A stretch of DNA of 57,258 nt, the filler included, from Platydemus manokwari (taxonomy: Eukaryota), in the NCBI GenBank assembly GCA_037951405.1. It is 5 parts of 5 records of this genome, joined end to end, with 100 filler letters (N's around TTAATTAATTAA, not from the genome) between each part and the next. Parts side by side here need not be neighbours in the genome. Positions count along the whole stretch, not along the records: positions 1 to 14,458 come from JBBMOY011458087.1; positions 14,559 to 24,006 come from JBBMOY011248541.1; positions 24,107 to 35,383 come from JBBMOY010799981.1; 2 more parts are not named here. One strand, written 5' to 3'. A model generated the notes under the pieces. It ran no database searches. It was given only the letters and a program-made list of their open reading frames with translations, and was not told the origin of the DNA. Below, one piece after another: positions 13,550 to 25,710 of the stretch. Made by a program: the position numbers and the translations under genes. The first letter of the stretch is position 1. Each line of letters begins with the position of its first letter.

Positions 13550-14381
13550 AAGATTAGAGCTAAATTACTACTTGTATTAAGATTGTAGTACTCGGATTTA
13601 ACAATGATAAAACGCTATTATTTTATAATACGCGTGTTAGAAACGAACTGAAAAATAACGACACCAAATTATATATTATATACAATTATATAAACAAATT
13701 AATATCTTTTAATATCAACTTACAGAAGTTTTTATATTTAATTTATTAAATCCGCACAATAATAATATTTAAAATATTAAAAATATAACAAAATAAAAAC
13801 TGTTAATATTAAGCGAATGTTACTATTCATTCAAGCCTTTATAAAAGGTGGTGTCTTATAATTCCAAGGCTTCCAAGTACATATCGACTAATCATGCAAC
13901 TTTTACAATCATCTGGTATTTAACAATTCGCCTTTAACTTAAATTCCTTTTCACAATATTATTGGTTCATACACTCTATCGCATAATATGATTCCTATAT
14001 TAAACTTTTTTTCTCATTAAAGTAAATCTCAATTTTCAAATGCGTGTATTTTTATTGAAATAAGAATATAGTTTTGTTCAGAAATATTGATAATCGATCA
14101 ATAATTATATTTTTATAATGTGAAAAAATAGGACAAAATTCTTAATGGTAAATTATGATAACGGCGTAAAATTATCTCATAGTCATATTGCTATTCTGAA
14201 TAACAGGCATGATAAATACCTTTTATTTTTTTTCCAACTTTGTTCTCTATAAAATATTCTAACTTTCGCGACCAGTACAAAATAATAATTTTATGGTTAA
14301 ACATAATTTTTATAAAAAACCTATACTAATTCTAGTGGTTCTGTGAAATGACTAGATTAAATGTTTTTTCTGCACTTATAC

Positions 14382-14458
14382 TATTAGGTTGTCCCATATG
14401 AAATGTCCGATTTTTATATATTGAACTTTAAATCAAAATTTTTTAAAAACTACTTAAC
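14382..14458 (+). mobile_element. Tc1/mariner terminal inverted repeat at contig end
   Basis: TA followed by TTAGGTTGTCCCATATGAAATGTCCGATTTT, which resembles mariner TTAGGTTG ends. The contig breaks shortly after, as expected for a high-copy repeat. Only one end is visible. Confidence 0.6.
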
Positions 14459-14558
14459 NNNNNNNNNNNNNNNNNNNNNNNNNNNNNNNNNNNNNNNNNN
14501 NNTTAATTAATTAANNNNNNNNNNNNNNNNNNNNNNNNNNNNNNNNNNNNNNNNNNNN
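14459..14558. other. Artificial contig linker / gap
   Basis: N44-TTAATTAATTAA-N44, with stops in all six frames. Confidence 0.98.
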
Positions 14559-17500
14559 TGCAACGCATTTTTTGTTATAAATTAATGATATAATGTTTTT
14601 ATTTCGCAGTTATTATTTTTTTTATAGAAAATTATATTCTAATACAGAAAGTTGGACACATAATTCTTTTAATTATGTACACATTACCTATAAGATACCA
14701 TGGGAAATTTTCCATGAAGATACTATTTCTATACCTAGACTAAAAATACTTCCCAAAACTGATGAAAATAGCATAAATCAGAATTTATTTCTTTAAAACA
14801 CTAAAACTTTTAAATTAAAAGTTCTTAAAGGAAATTATTTAATGTTAAGCACAAAGAAGTGTTTAAGTCAAAATTTAAAAGAAGCACCATTTCTGCCACA
14901 AATTCAAGAATTTATTAACAAGAATTGATTAATAAAATATTTATTTAAGACTATTTAATACAAAGCATTGATTATAATACGATAAGTTTCATGGTATAAT
15001 TTTTAAAGGTGATTTTTAATAAATAATTTTCTTTTTGACCTTCTTTTTTTTACCAATTACTAAGTTTTCTTAATTGATTTTAAAAGGCATTTGTTCAGAA
15101 AGAAGTTTAAAAACATTGAGGAACCCAAAAAAAGTGAATAGATTGAATCAACTAAGCGAAAGGGAGTTTATTCAATTATCATCGTTAGAATTTTATACTT
15201 ATTTGTTAGTAGAAATGCAAAGCTAAAAATTCTCCAGAAATACAAACAAAGGTAATACCCAATAATACTGGTTATCATCATTTAACTTTCATATTTTTCT
15301 TATATACAAAACATATTGTACAAGATTCAACCCTAATAGCATTAAGGGTACCGAGAATGGAAATCCTTAATGAAGTTGGGACACAAAATTGTAAAATCAG
15401 TGTCAATCATTATTTGCAATTTCTGTACATTTATAACATAATTTTATTATCTAGATTTTGATTGAGACAATCACTGTAGAAAGTAGAAACAGTTTTATAA
15501 AAGAAATATTTGTTCAATCAATCACTATATTTTAATCATTGTGGTTAACAGTAAAAGTCACCATCATTGTGATCATTTTATATTTTGTGCTCTCTAATAT
15601 TATTTTAATCTCAACAAAATTATCTGTTGTTGATAAATGAAAGTAAGAATAACATTAAATGTGAATAAAACTTTAATAACAATCATCATGTTGTGGATGA
15701 TAATGAATGTATAACTAATCAACAGCTTGATTTCCTTTGTACGTATTAGAATTTTCTTTTATTGGCCGTTATTAAACAGGCACAAATCAACACAAATTTA
15801 AATATATGATTTATTGAATTAATCACAAAGATTCATGCAGTGTAGCTCAATCGATAATTTTACAGCAAATGAGTATAATATAGTCCTTGCCGGGTACGCA
15901 AGAACTGTTAAATCTTAATGATTTTTAAATAATAAAATCTATTTTATGCATGTTCCATAGAATGAAATCACCAATTTTTTACAATAAAAATTACCAATAA
16001 TAAAACCAAATAATAAAGTCAAAGAATAAAGTCACTAATAAATCGTCAAAGGATAAAATCACAAAATAAATGTTCAGTCAAATCGAATATTTGATGGTAA
16101 TTCGTCGGACTGCGATTGGAATTCGAAGGAATTAGTGTTGAACATCAGTTGACTTCAGGATGATGTTGACTTTAAGTCAACAATTCAGTTTTTCTTATGG
16201 AATATTTTTTGACATTCGTATTTATACGATTAATATTTTTGCTATTTGAAATTTTTGAATAATATAAATTTGGCAGTATAATTTGTTATAAATTTTCTTT
16301 TCTTAGTTTACCTTATTTATTTTAATTCTTGTAAATTAATTTGATTCTTATAAATAGTAATATTATATATTTTATAAATAATGTATTTTACAATTTAAAT
16401 CATTTGTGTTCATAAAATCATAAAATTATTCGTTAAATAAAATCATCAATCGCAAATAGTAAAAGTTAGATAATAACAATCAGAGAATCAAAAACTTTTA
16501 ATTGGAGCACTTTGGACTGCAATTTGAATTCAAAGGAACTTGAAGTTAATAACCATTTGTTGATCCCAAACATCCAACGTCAACACTCCAGTTCTTCTTG
16601 TTCCAAGTTCTTTTCCTTTCTTTCCAGCATTCTTTTAGATTAGGCCACTTCTAGCTCTGAAACTCTTTATTCGTCAACGCATATCTCTTCGCTGTAGTTT
16701 GATGTCTTACCGCTTCTTTTTTGATGTTTTTTACTTTTTATACCTTATATGGGTTGACGGTCATGGGTACCCTTTCTCCTTCTCATACACTATCAGTTTC
16801 ACTATCCATGTAAAGTGCCAGTCTACCCACGTTATTAAAATAAATTAAACATTGATAATAGAAGTTCAAAAACACAAAGGATAAAGGTAAGCTACAATTA
16901 TTAATTTAAGAAAGTCCCAATAATTGAAATAATTCCCACGATAAAATTATAATAGTTCAAATCAAACGAGAAAAATAGGTGAAAGAAAATAACCCGAAAA
17001 ATCACCGTTGATATCGCTCATAAAAACAGAATATACGTAAAGAGGTATCAATATTGAAAACCATCACACAAATAACATAACAATTTCATTACTCGAAAGT
17101 ATTTCTACTAATTATTCGGCTCCAAATTCGACGAGATAGAGTAAGAGTACTTTGATTTTGTAATTGCTGATAAAGGTAATTTATTTTCATAATCATAATT
17201 TCTTATCCATGATTGACTTTGCTTTTAATTATAATTACCACCTGATGGAAACTCGTTTGGTGATTAATTAATAATAAATCAACGATTTTCCAATCGATAA
17301 TTTACTATGTTATTAGATGAGATACCGTGAGTTAGAGATTGATGCTTCCACCAATATCTGAAACTTCACAGATTAATAGGTTGCGTGTTGATAATATATA
17401 TAAATATTAATAATAACGACAATACCAATACGATGGTGAAATACTTTATTATAATAATAATTGTCAAATGTGTTATGCAATGAATTTAGAAAGAAGAATC

Positions 17501-17963
17501 TGTCGTGCACTGAAGAGATTTATTAGTAATGAAAAACCGCCGGAGGGAACTAAGTGGCGCCCCATTGCGGTATAGAAACTAAAGAAATATGATTTTAGAA
17601 CCCACAAATTCAGTTACGACTTTGTGAAGTTTAGTATTCACTGACAACAAATCTCGTCTAGGAGAATGATATCAGATGATTAATATAACAGTGCAATTTT
17701 ACCATTTGGAAATAATAATTGAACGCTGAAAAATAATCCGGAATATATGGAATAATTGTGGTCGAATACTAGAATTATCTGAGTGTAGCTGATTATTGGA
17801 GTTGACTTGAACTCGACAGCGAATAACATTGTCTCGAATTTGATTAGTAATCACTATGAGCTTCGTCGTTTCGTGGCGAAAATACTGAATTTTACTTCAG
17901 CATTTATAGGGATTAAGAATGTGGAGGCATGATTAATTCTATTTTTGATTTTTTGATTCCCTT

Positions 17964-18039
17964 ATCCACCGTTGTCATGGCAATTTGCATTTAAATTTGA
18001 ATTTCTATGACTGTTTCTGATTGCCATGGCAACGTGGAT
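17964..18039. promoter_or_regulatory. Two RFX X-box-like sites forming an inverted repeat
   Basis: GTTGTCATGGCAAT (17971-17984) and ATTGCCATGGCAAC (18020-18033) against the consensus GTTGCCATGGCAAC. A GC-box-like CCCGCCCAC lies at about 18085. Confidence 0.5.
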
Positions 18040-18239
18040 TAATAATCATTTTTTCAAAAATTTAATGGAAATTACTAATATAATCCCGCCCACACGCCTA
18101 CATTTTAATTAATGTGGGTCTATTTATTATTATCAAGTATTATATATTATTATTATGTAGTTTAGAGGCTTGCAGTCTTCATTGGTATTATCCCGACACA
18201 CCAATATTATTATTTACCGAAATTTTTTATGCTCTTACT

Positions 18240-19280
18240 ATTCTCAGTCCTCTTTGGACTTTCGATAACCTACATTCATAGTGCTTCGAGTATAGGATTA
18301 CATTTGTCTTCTTATTTTTTGATCAAGTATTTCTCTTTTTTCTAAAATGAATTTTATAAATAGACATTGCCTTTTTAGCTATATAGTGACATTGAAGTAA
18401 TTGTCGAAAGTTAAGTGTAAGTAAATGACTTAATTGTTATCTTGAACGTTTAAATAAATCTATTCATTTGTGTAAACACTGTGACAGAATAATTCGGAAT
18501 AATTTTATTTTTCTTTTCTAACTTCAAGGAGGAAACTATATTCACCAGAGACTGGTAACTAAATTAATCGAAATCTTTAAATACAGTAATTACCAGTAGT
18601 ATAGTCTTTACACTTATGTTGAAGTGCCCAAGGAAACATGACTTTTTTAAATACCAATCATAATTTAATATATTCATAAGTAGTTACAAAACATTGGATG
18701 TAGGACCAGCTGGAGAGTAGCTGATCTTCGTATCATATTCAAGTCATTTATAGTATATCATAGTATATGGTATTTATAATGATAATATGTATTTTTATAA
18801 TTATAGCATGTCAACTTTCACTGAAAAATTTCTGATTTGATTTGATCACAAATTCATTGATCTTCGAATAAATTCGATAATCATCAAATGAAATAAATGC
18901 CAGATAAATTTTGTTCATCTATTAAATCTACTGTTCGTTTATACCATTTTTAGTCAAATTATCAATTATTGAACAATTATTTCCCGAATTTGGCCACTAT
19001 CGTCAGTCATTTCAGACTTTTTATTGAATAATTTTTGAAAGTTCTTTTGTGTATTCATTTACATTTAACATCTCAAAGTTCGGATATTAGGAAACTTTCC
19101 AATTTAAAATTGATAACTTCCATTTTTTGTTATTTCAGGAATTCGATCTATGAGGTTTAGTTCTTTTTATATATCTATTATCATTATTATTATATATTTT
19201 TTAATTACAGATCACATAATTCGATTCTAAATGGTTCATGTTAGATTTTGGTTTTCATTTATTTACTTAATAGTTGTGGT

Positions 19281-19344
<64 letters not shown>

Positions 19345-20560
19345 NNNNNNNNNNGTCCACAACATATTCAATTCTTTCAATTCAATAACGAAAAGATCCA
19401 GGATTCACCAATTCTTTCAAAGAAAATAATTATCAATATTTCATAATTTCTATTTTTGCAACGAGCTCTATAATGGATTTGCTAAATATGAGATCAGTTA
19501 AACAAACTTTGGAAAGCACAAAGATAAATTCTCTACGAAATTGAAAGATTTTTTAATCAGTCTTGACTTGATTTGAACTTCAATAAAAATTATATTGTTT
19601 TACAAATATTTTCACACCATTAATTTCAGTTAAGCAAATCTAAAATTATTCTCGACATTTATTGATGTTTTCTAGCAATGGGTGAATTTTTATTTTTTAT
19701 TTATTTTACTTTACAGCTTTGTAGGACAGTGTGTTATGGTAATTTGTCTTAATCCACTTCCAAGTGGTTTTCTCGTGTTTCTGAGGAAAATATTATTTTT
19801 GGAATGTTTATTGTCTGATGATGTTAGTAATCAATAACATAAATTGAAACCATTAATAATTGTGGACGAAATATTATTTTACAAAAATAATTAATGTTGA
19901 AATTAATCTTTGTTCACGTTCGATATGTTCAACTAATTAAATTGAGGATGGTTTTTTAAAATTCGTTTTTTTCAGATTTACTTACTAAATTACAGTAGGA
20001 ATAAATTTACTTATAACAACCAGTGATTATCAGTGTGAAATAACTCAGTTTAATCTAAATTTAAATTAATATATTAATTAAAATCATGATTAATTTTAAT
20101 AAAACATAAAATAATAAATCTGAAAGTTGTCACTAAAATTTTAGCGAATTCAATATATAAATGCGAGTTATATTGTATATTTTAGTTCTTATAATTTTTC
20201 TATGAAACTCATATCACTTCTCTTTATGAATTACTTCATAATTAGTTAAACAATCCTTAAAATATCCCACCTCGTGTTCTTGAGTAATAATTTCTCGTTG
20301 TTAAGGTAACAATTCGATAAAAGGCAATTCTGAGAAATAAAGAAATTAATGAGTTATCATTTTTCTGCAACATCAACATTAGACATGGTTACAACTCAAT
20401 GAACTGCCTCGATAACTTTTCTCTAGGCTAAATTATTTCTTCATCGACTGAGTTAAACTCATGTACGGACACACAAACACTTGTGTGCGAGTCATTGCTT
20501 TATTTACCTGATTTAACTTTTCTGAAAGATTTCAAATTTATGTTTGTAGTGAATTATTTA
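18240..20560 (-). mobile_element. Highly decayed LTR-retrotransposon pol-like relic
   Basis: Strand-biased coding-like composition with fragmentary integrase-like motifs. No intact ORF. Spans the polyG/N gap. Confidence 0.3.
19283..19354. other. Poly-G run (62 nt) plus 10 N; probable sequencing or assembly artefact
   Basis: Pure G homopolymer directly next to a gap in an AT-rich genome. Confidence 0.8.
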
Positions 20561-20714
20561 TACACTGATTTTATAGTGTGGCGCTATAACAATCTTGGAT
20601 ATTATTGGAAATTAGTAAGTGTTGCTATTTTTGCTAGTTTCAAAGCAATCTTCAATTAATTTTATTAAATGCATTTTATATTAAGATATTACTTAATTTG
20701 AATTATTAAAAGAA

Positions 20715-23700
20715 ATGGGAACATGTGCTCTTGGAACTCAGGTCCATGCTTCGACGAAATTAAATGGAGAGAATTTAAAAGAGCAATCAAAAGGTATTCA
20801 AAATCAAAATTCTATCGAATACAAAAGACAATCATTTCAAGATAAAGGTGAAAATAAATACAAATTCGTTTATTTTAATTTTTTTCAATTGTTTAGATGA
20901 GAGTTTAAAAATAAGTGAAGAAGAATTAGATCTTCCATTAACCAGTCAAGTATTATATAATAGTTTAGCTAATTCGCCGAGTACTCTTTATGCAAAAAAT
21001 ACGACAGAAGTCGAAGAATTACCAACTCCTGGAAGTCCAGAGTCAATCTATAGTTGTTCTGTCAGGTATTTTTATGAAAAGTAAAAATTGTAAATTTTAC
21101 ATTTTAAGGCTGTTGTGCATCATAAAGCTCATTCAAAAAAATAAAATATCAAAAGAAGATTTATTGAAAAATATAAACTATGCTATCTTGGTTCTGGAAT
21201 CAGCATATATTGAAGAAGCAAAGTATAAGATATGTATATTAAATGGCAGATAAAATTAAATATTTAGAAGAATTTGCAATGAAGATGATGATTTTCCAAG
21301 TCAGGCTAATGGATCGGTTCCAGATGAAGTTCGCGAATGGTTATCCAATACATTTACCAGGCGTACTTCATCGACAACAGGCAAAGAAGATAAGCCGAAG
21401 TTCAGAAGTGTTGCAAATGCAATAAGGGCGGGAATTTTAGTTGAAAGGTAAATTGAATCTATTTAATTTTAATAAAGCTCAAATTAATACGTGAAGAATT
21501 TGATATTGATTTTTTTTCAATTAATAATAAATTTTATCAAATAATATCGATTTTATAAAATAATATTGATTTTTATTAAAAGATTGATTTTATCTTATAA
21601 TATTGATTTCCAATACAATATTGATTTTGTCAAATGATAGTCATTTTATCAAATGGTATTGATTTTTATTAAAAGATATTGATTTTTATCAAATAATATC
21701 GACTTTTTCAAATAATAATGCATTTTATTAAATGACATTGATTTTTTTTATCAAATAATATCGATTTTTATTAAATAATATCGATTTTTACAAATAATAT
21801 CGATTTTTCAAATGATATTTATTTTTTCAATTAATATTTATTTTATCAAATGATACTCATTTTTATAAAACAACAATGATTTTTATCAAACAATATCGAT
21901 TTTTATCAACTAATATTGATTTTATCAAATGATAACGATTTTTATTAAATAGTATTGGATTTTTATTAAAATCATAAACTTGAGACTGCCTTTGCATAAT
22001 TTGATTATTAAATATTATTAATAATTATAATTTGGACTTTTAAATTTAGAATGAAAAATAAACGAGAAATAAAAATATATAAAATGTGTTTAAGTTATTA
22101 TTGTATGGCTTTATCCAGATTATGAGATTTCTTAGTGTTTTGTATGATATTAGTATATGAATATTAAAAATGGAAGAATATGTAAGAATCTGAAAGATGA
22201 ACACTAAAAAGATTACATTTATATTTTATCATGAATCATAGAGGCATATTTCAGTGAGTTTATGAAAGAATTTTGATGTATATCAGAAAATGTTTGAAAA
22301 GTACCGAATTCACAAAAGAAAAATAAATTGTAACAGATCTCATATTTCGCCACGAAATCAGAACTTTCTATCTATTAAATCATTTTGCATTAATTCCAAT
22401 TTATTATGTAATTCAATGTTAATCGATTAATTAATAAAGAAATTATCACATTAAATTTTATTATTTATTTAATTTTTCAATGGAATTTTAATTTTTCCAA
22501 TCAAAATAATATTCAATTTTAATTTAACAAAATCCAGGTTAAAATTATGCCAAATATTGAAACTGACCAAAATTTTCTTTACAGGTCCGGAGTCCGGACC
22601 AATTGGAAATCACATTTTTTATTTTCTTCCAAAAATATTTATTGAATTAATAAACAAAACTAAAAAAAATTCTAGAATTATATCGTCATTAATTCCAAGA
22701 ATCAGATTATTTGTACATCACATCAAAGATAACAAATAACTAAAGGACAAATTCCCACTAGAAAAGGGTCGTCAAATGTATTTTGTCGAAAACCCCAATG
22801 TGTGAGATAATGTTAAATTAAATTAAATTAAATTATGGCCCTTTAGAAGATTAACTTCGAAAATGGAAATTAAATGAAAAGAAAAATTGACTTATCTCAC
22901 ATATTCAGATGAGATATTAAGACCATTTTGTTTTTGCTGTTATCGGACATTATGGAATAATTATGCCAATCTTTTGGAAAAAAAATAATGAAGAACTCTA
23001 GAAATCTAGATAGAATCACAGTGGGATAGCGTTAAAAATGATCGTAATACTATTACTATTACAACGATTAGATACAAACGATAACAACAGTAGTAGTATG
23101 ATTTTGAGTAATGCTTGATTAAAAATAATGTTATATTCTTATAATTAATTTAAAATATTTGTTGATTATTATTTTAAAATTCCAAATTCGATATGTTATT
23201 AGGATATACAGGCGAATGTCAAGTAGCGCAGGACTTCCCATACCTCCAAATGTGATGATTTTGATGAAGGTTTATTTTTATTTGTTAATATTTTTGAGAA
23301 AATAAATGTAGGCAGGTCTCGATTCATGGAATTTTGATGTTTTTGAAGTAGATGAAGCTAGTGACAATCATTCTTTGAAGTATTTGGGTTATGAACTCTT
23401 TCATAAATACAATATTATGATTAAATTTAAAGTATGTTGTTGCTGATTTGTTTTTTTTAAAATTAACATATAACCTTTTGTGTACAAAACGAAGCAATTT
23501 GTGTTTTGTGATTTTTAATTAAATGTTTTTAAAAATATATGCCAGCTTAGACTATCTTTGTAGAATATCTTTACCATTGAATTTAAGTTTTAATTCATAA
23601 CAAATGTGATTATAATTATATTAATTCAATAAATTAATCAATACCAATATTTTTTGATTTGTTTTGCAGATTGATTCTGTCACTATGGAAAATTTCTTAC

Positions 23701-23810
23701 AAAAATTAGAAGAAGGATACGCAAAGTATTCCAATCCATATCATAGTTTCACCCATGCGGCAGATGTTGCCCAAACATGTCATATCATTATATCGCAAAG
23801 TGGCCTTTCG
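20715..23810 (+). CDS. PDE1: Calcium/calmodulin-dependent cyclic nucleotide phosphodiesterase 1, 5' part (truncated by contig end)
   Basis: Exons 20715-20847, 20897-21065, 21109-21222, 21268-21447, 23203-23269, 23312-23431 and 23670-23810 are phase-consistent. PDE1 N-terminal signature VPDEVREWLSNTFTR...KPKFRSVANAIRAGILVERIYRR, then LDSWNFDVF and the catalytic start YSNPYHSFTHAADVAQT. Confidence 0.93.
21500..21970. repeat. Degenerate ~20-bp minisatellite in PDE1 intron 4
   Basis: About 20 imperfect copies of atcaaataatatcgattttt. Confidence 0.85.
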
Positions 23811-24006
23811 GTAATTAGTAGATGATAAAAAATATTATTTATGGTTAACTTTAATAATTATAAATTAAATTTTAATTTATGATCCTTGGATAATTCATAA
23901 TTCAAAAATAAACGTTACCATTATTACCTACCGATTTTAAAAAGATAGAAAATTATGAATACATATTTTTAGAATAATTCTTAAAGAAAATCATAAATAT
24001 TTTAAA

Positions 24007-24106
24007 NNNNNNNNNNNNNNNNNNNNNNNNNNNNNNNNNNNNNNNNNNNNTTAATTAATTAANNNNNNNNNNNNNNNNNNNNNNNNNNNNNNNNNNNNNN
24101 NNNNNN
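24007..24106. other. Artificial contig linker / gap
   Basis: N44-TTAATTAATTAA-N44. Confidence 0.98.
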
Positions 24107-24450
24107 GAAATCTTTGGTTGTTTGGAACCATTTCTCAGCGTCTTGGATTGATGAATCGAAGAATGATGGTTTCGGAATTAATAATTCCTGAGTTTGTTGT
24201 GGCAGATTTGCAAAAATTTTCTGCTTCTCTTCTCGTTTAGCTCTAGTCAGAGCGTTAATTTCGTTATTTTTTTATCTAACTACAACTATTATTTGTAAAT
24301 TACTTAGTCGTAAATTGACCATATTTGTTTTTTGTCTTAAAATTTACTGTTTTATTTGTTTAATACTATTGGAGAGTGGGATCGATACCGATCGGTCCTA
24401 CAGAGCATTTTTGGCAAATGGAATTGAATAGGTATTCCAATCATTAATGG
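24107..24450 (-). mobile_element. LTR-retrotransposon gag N-terminal relic, same family as 54450-55600
   Basis: The reverse complement (gagaagagaagcagaaaatttttgcaaatctgcc...aaactcagg...catcaatccaagacgct...accaaagatttc) aligns by eye with 54670-54803. Confidence 0.65.
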
Positions 24451-25499
24451 TGATCAAGGAGTTAAATTTTTTAAAGTCTCATTGCGCGAGTGTTCTCACT
24501 AACCTCATACTCATTAAAGAAAACTCCTTTAAAAGGGATTTGGGTAACATCAATAAGAAAATACTCGATTAAGTGAACCAATGCCAGAATATCGCAATCA
24601 AGTAATATAAAACCAAAATGGTTGAGCAGCTAATTAAAAATTTGAGCAGTGTGTAAAGTACTGCCATAATTTCCAACGATGTCTTTAGGAAAGGACTGGC
24701 AGAGAAATTTGAATTAGACGCAGTACCAAAGACCAAAGAGTGTATACAACAAGGATAGATAGTGTATCTAGTTAAGTCTGACTCTGAATTACCAGTTCTG
24801 AATCAATACTTCATCAATCCAAGCAACGCATGCAATATTATTTATTTGACAAATATCAGTTATGATATTAAGTGATTTTCATATCGATAAACAAAAGTAT
24901 TTCTTAAGAAATCTTTAATGTATAATAGAATTTATCTTTATAGTCTTGATAAAATTTTAAGTTAAAAATTTTATTTAAATCTGATATTCATAACTTTGAT
25001 ATTGAATCCCATAAATGAATATTTATAAAAATAGAAATAATTTATTTTTAAAGACGAGAAAATGAAATCAATTTTTATTGGTTAGCGACTTCACAGTTTT
25101 ACCGAGTATATAATTGTGAGTATATAATTTGAGACAGAATAGAATTATCAAAGCGAATTAGCTACTAGTTTAGTAGGATTTTATTATAAAATCTTTATTG
25201 ATAAAATCTTATTTTATCCCAGTTCCTCTAGTACTCGAAGAGTTCGCCTTTCCCGCGTTTAAAATTTTGATATGAGAAAAACTGTATTCAATTTGAGAGT
25301 TTAATAACACAGGAAAATTATTAATTAATTTTTTTTTAATTTATTTTTAGAAAAAAGATAATTTATAATTAAACCTTATAAGATAATAAAAAAATAAAAT
25401 AAATGAAATCTAAAATAAGTATGCAAATTACAATGTATTGATCTTGTTGAAAAAAAACTGTTGTTTTACCAAAATGAAATATTTTTAATTGATGTATAT

Positions 25500-25710
25500 G
25501 ATGAAGTGCTTGTACGATTGGATTCAATCATTGATCGTCAGACCTTTAGGAGATGAACCCTTGTGGGGATAAGTAAGTAAAAACGGAATAAACAATGGTC
25601 ATGCAAGGATCCTCTTCAAATTCGGAACCATTTCGATTTCTGTAGTTCAAGGCACAAGGCTCATGAATTGGAAATTTGTGCTAGATTCCAAGAAGAGTAG
25701 CAGCGCTCAT
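25500..25710 (-). mobile_element. Integrase core fragment (decayed)
   Basis: RNGSEF...YLSPQG resembles the retroviral-type integrase motif DNGSEF...YxPQxNG. Contains stops. Confidence 0.3.

Noticed and set aside
14620-15900. Short coding-like fragments at the start of the second contig
   Set aside because: Interrupted by stops, with no consistent gene model or homology I can support.
19231-19446. Poly-glycine ORF or G-quadruplex
   Set aside because: Built from a G homopolymer next to Ns; most likely an artefact.
21500-21970. CRISPR-like array
   Set aside because: Degenerate tandem units without unique spacers, inside a eukaryotic intron, with no cas genes.
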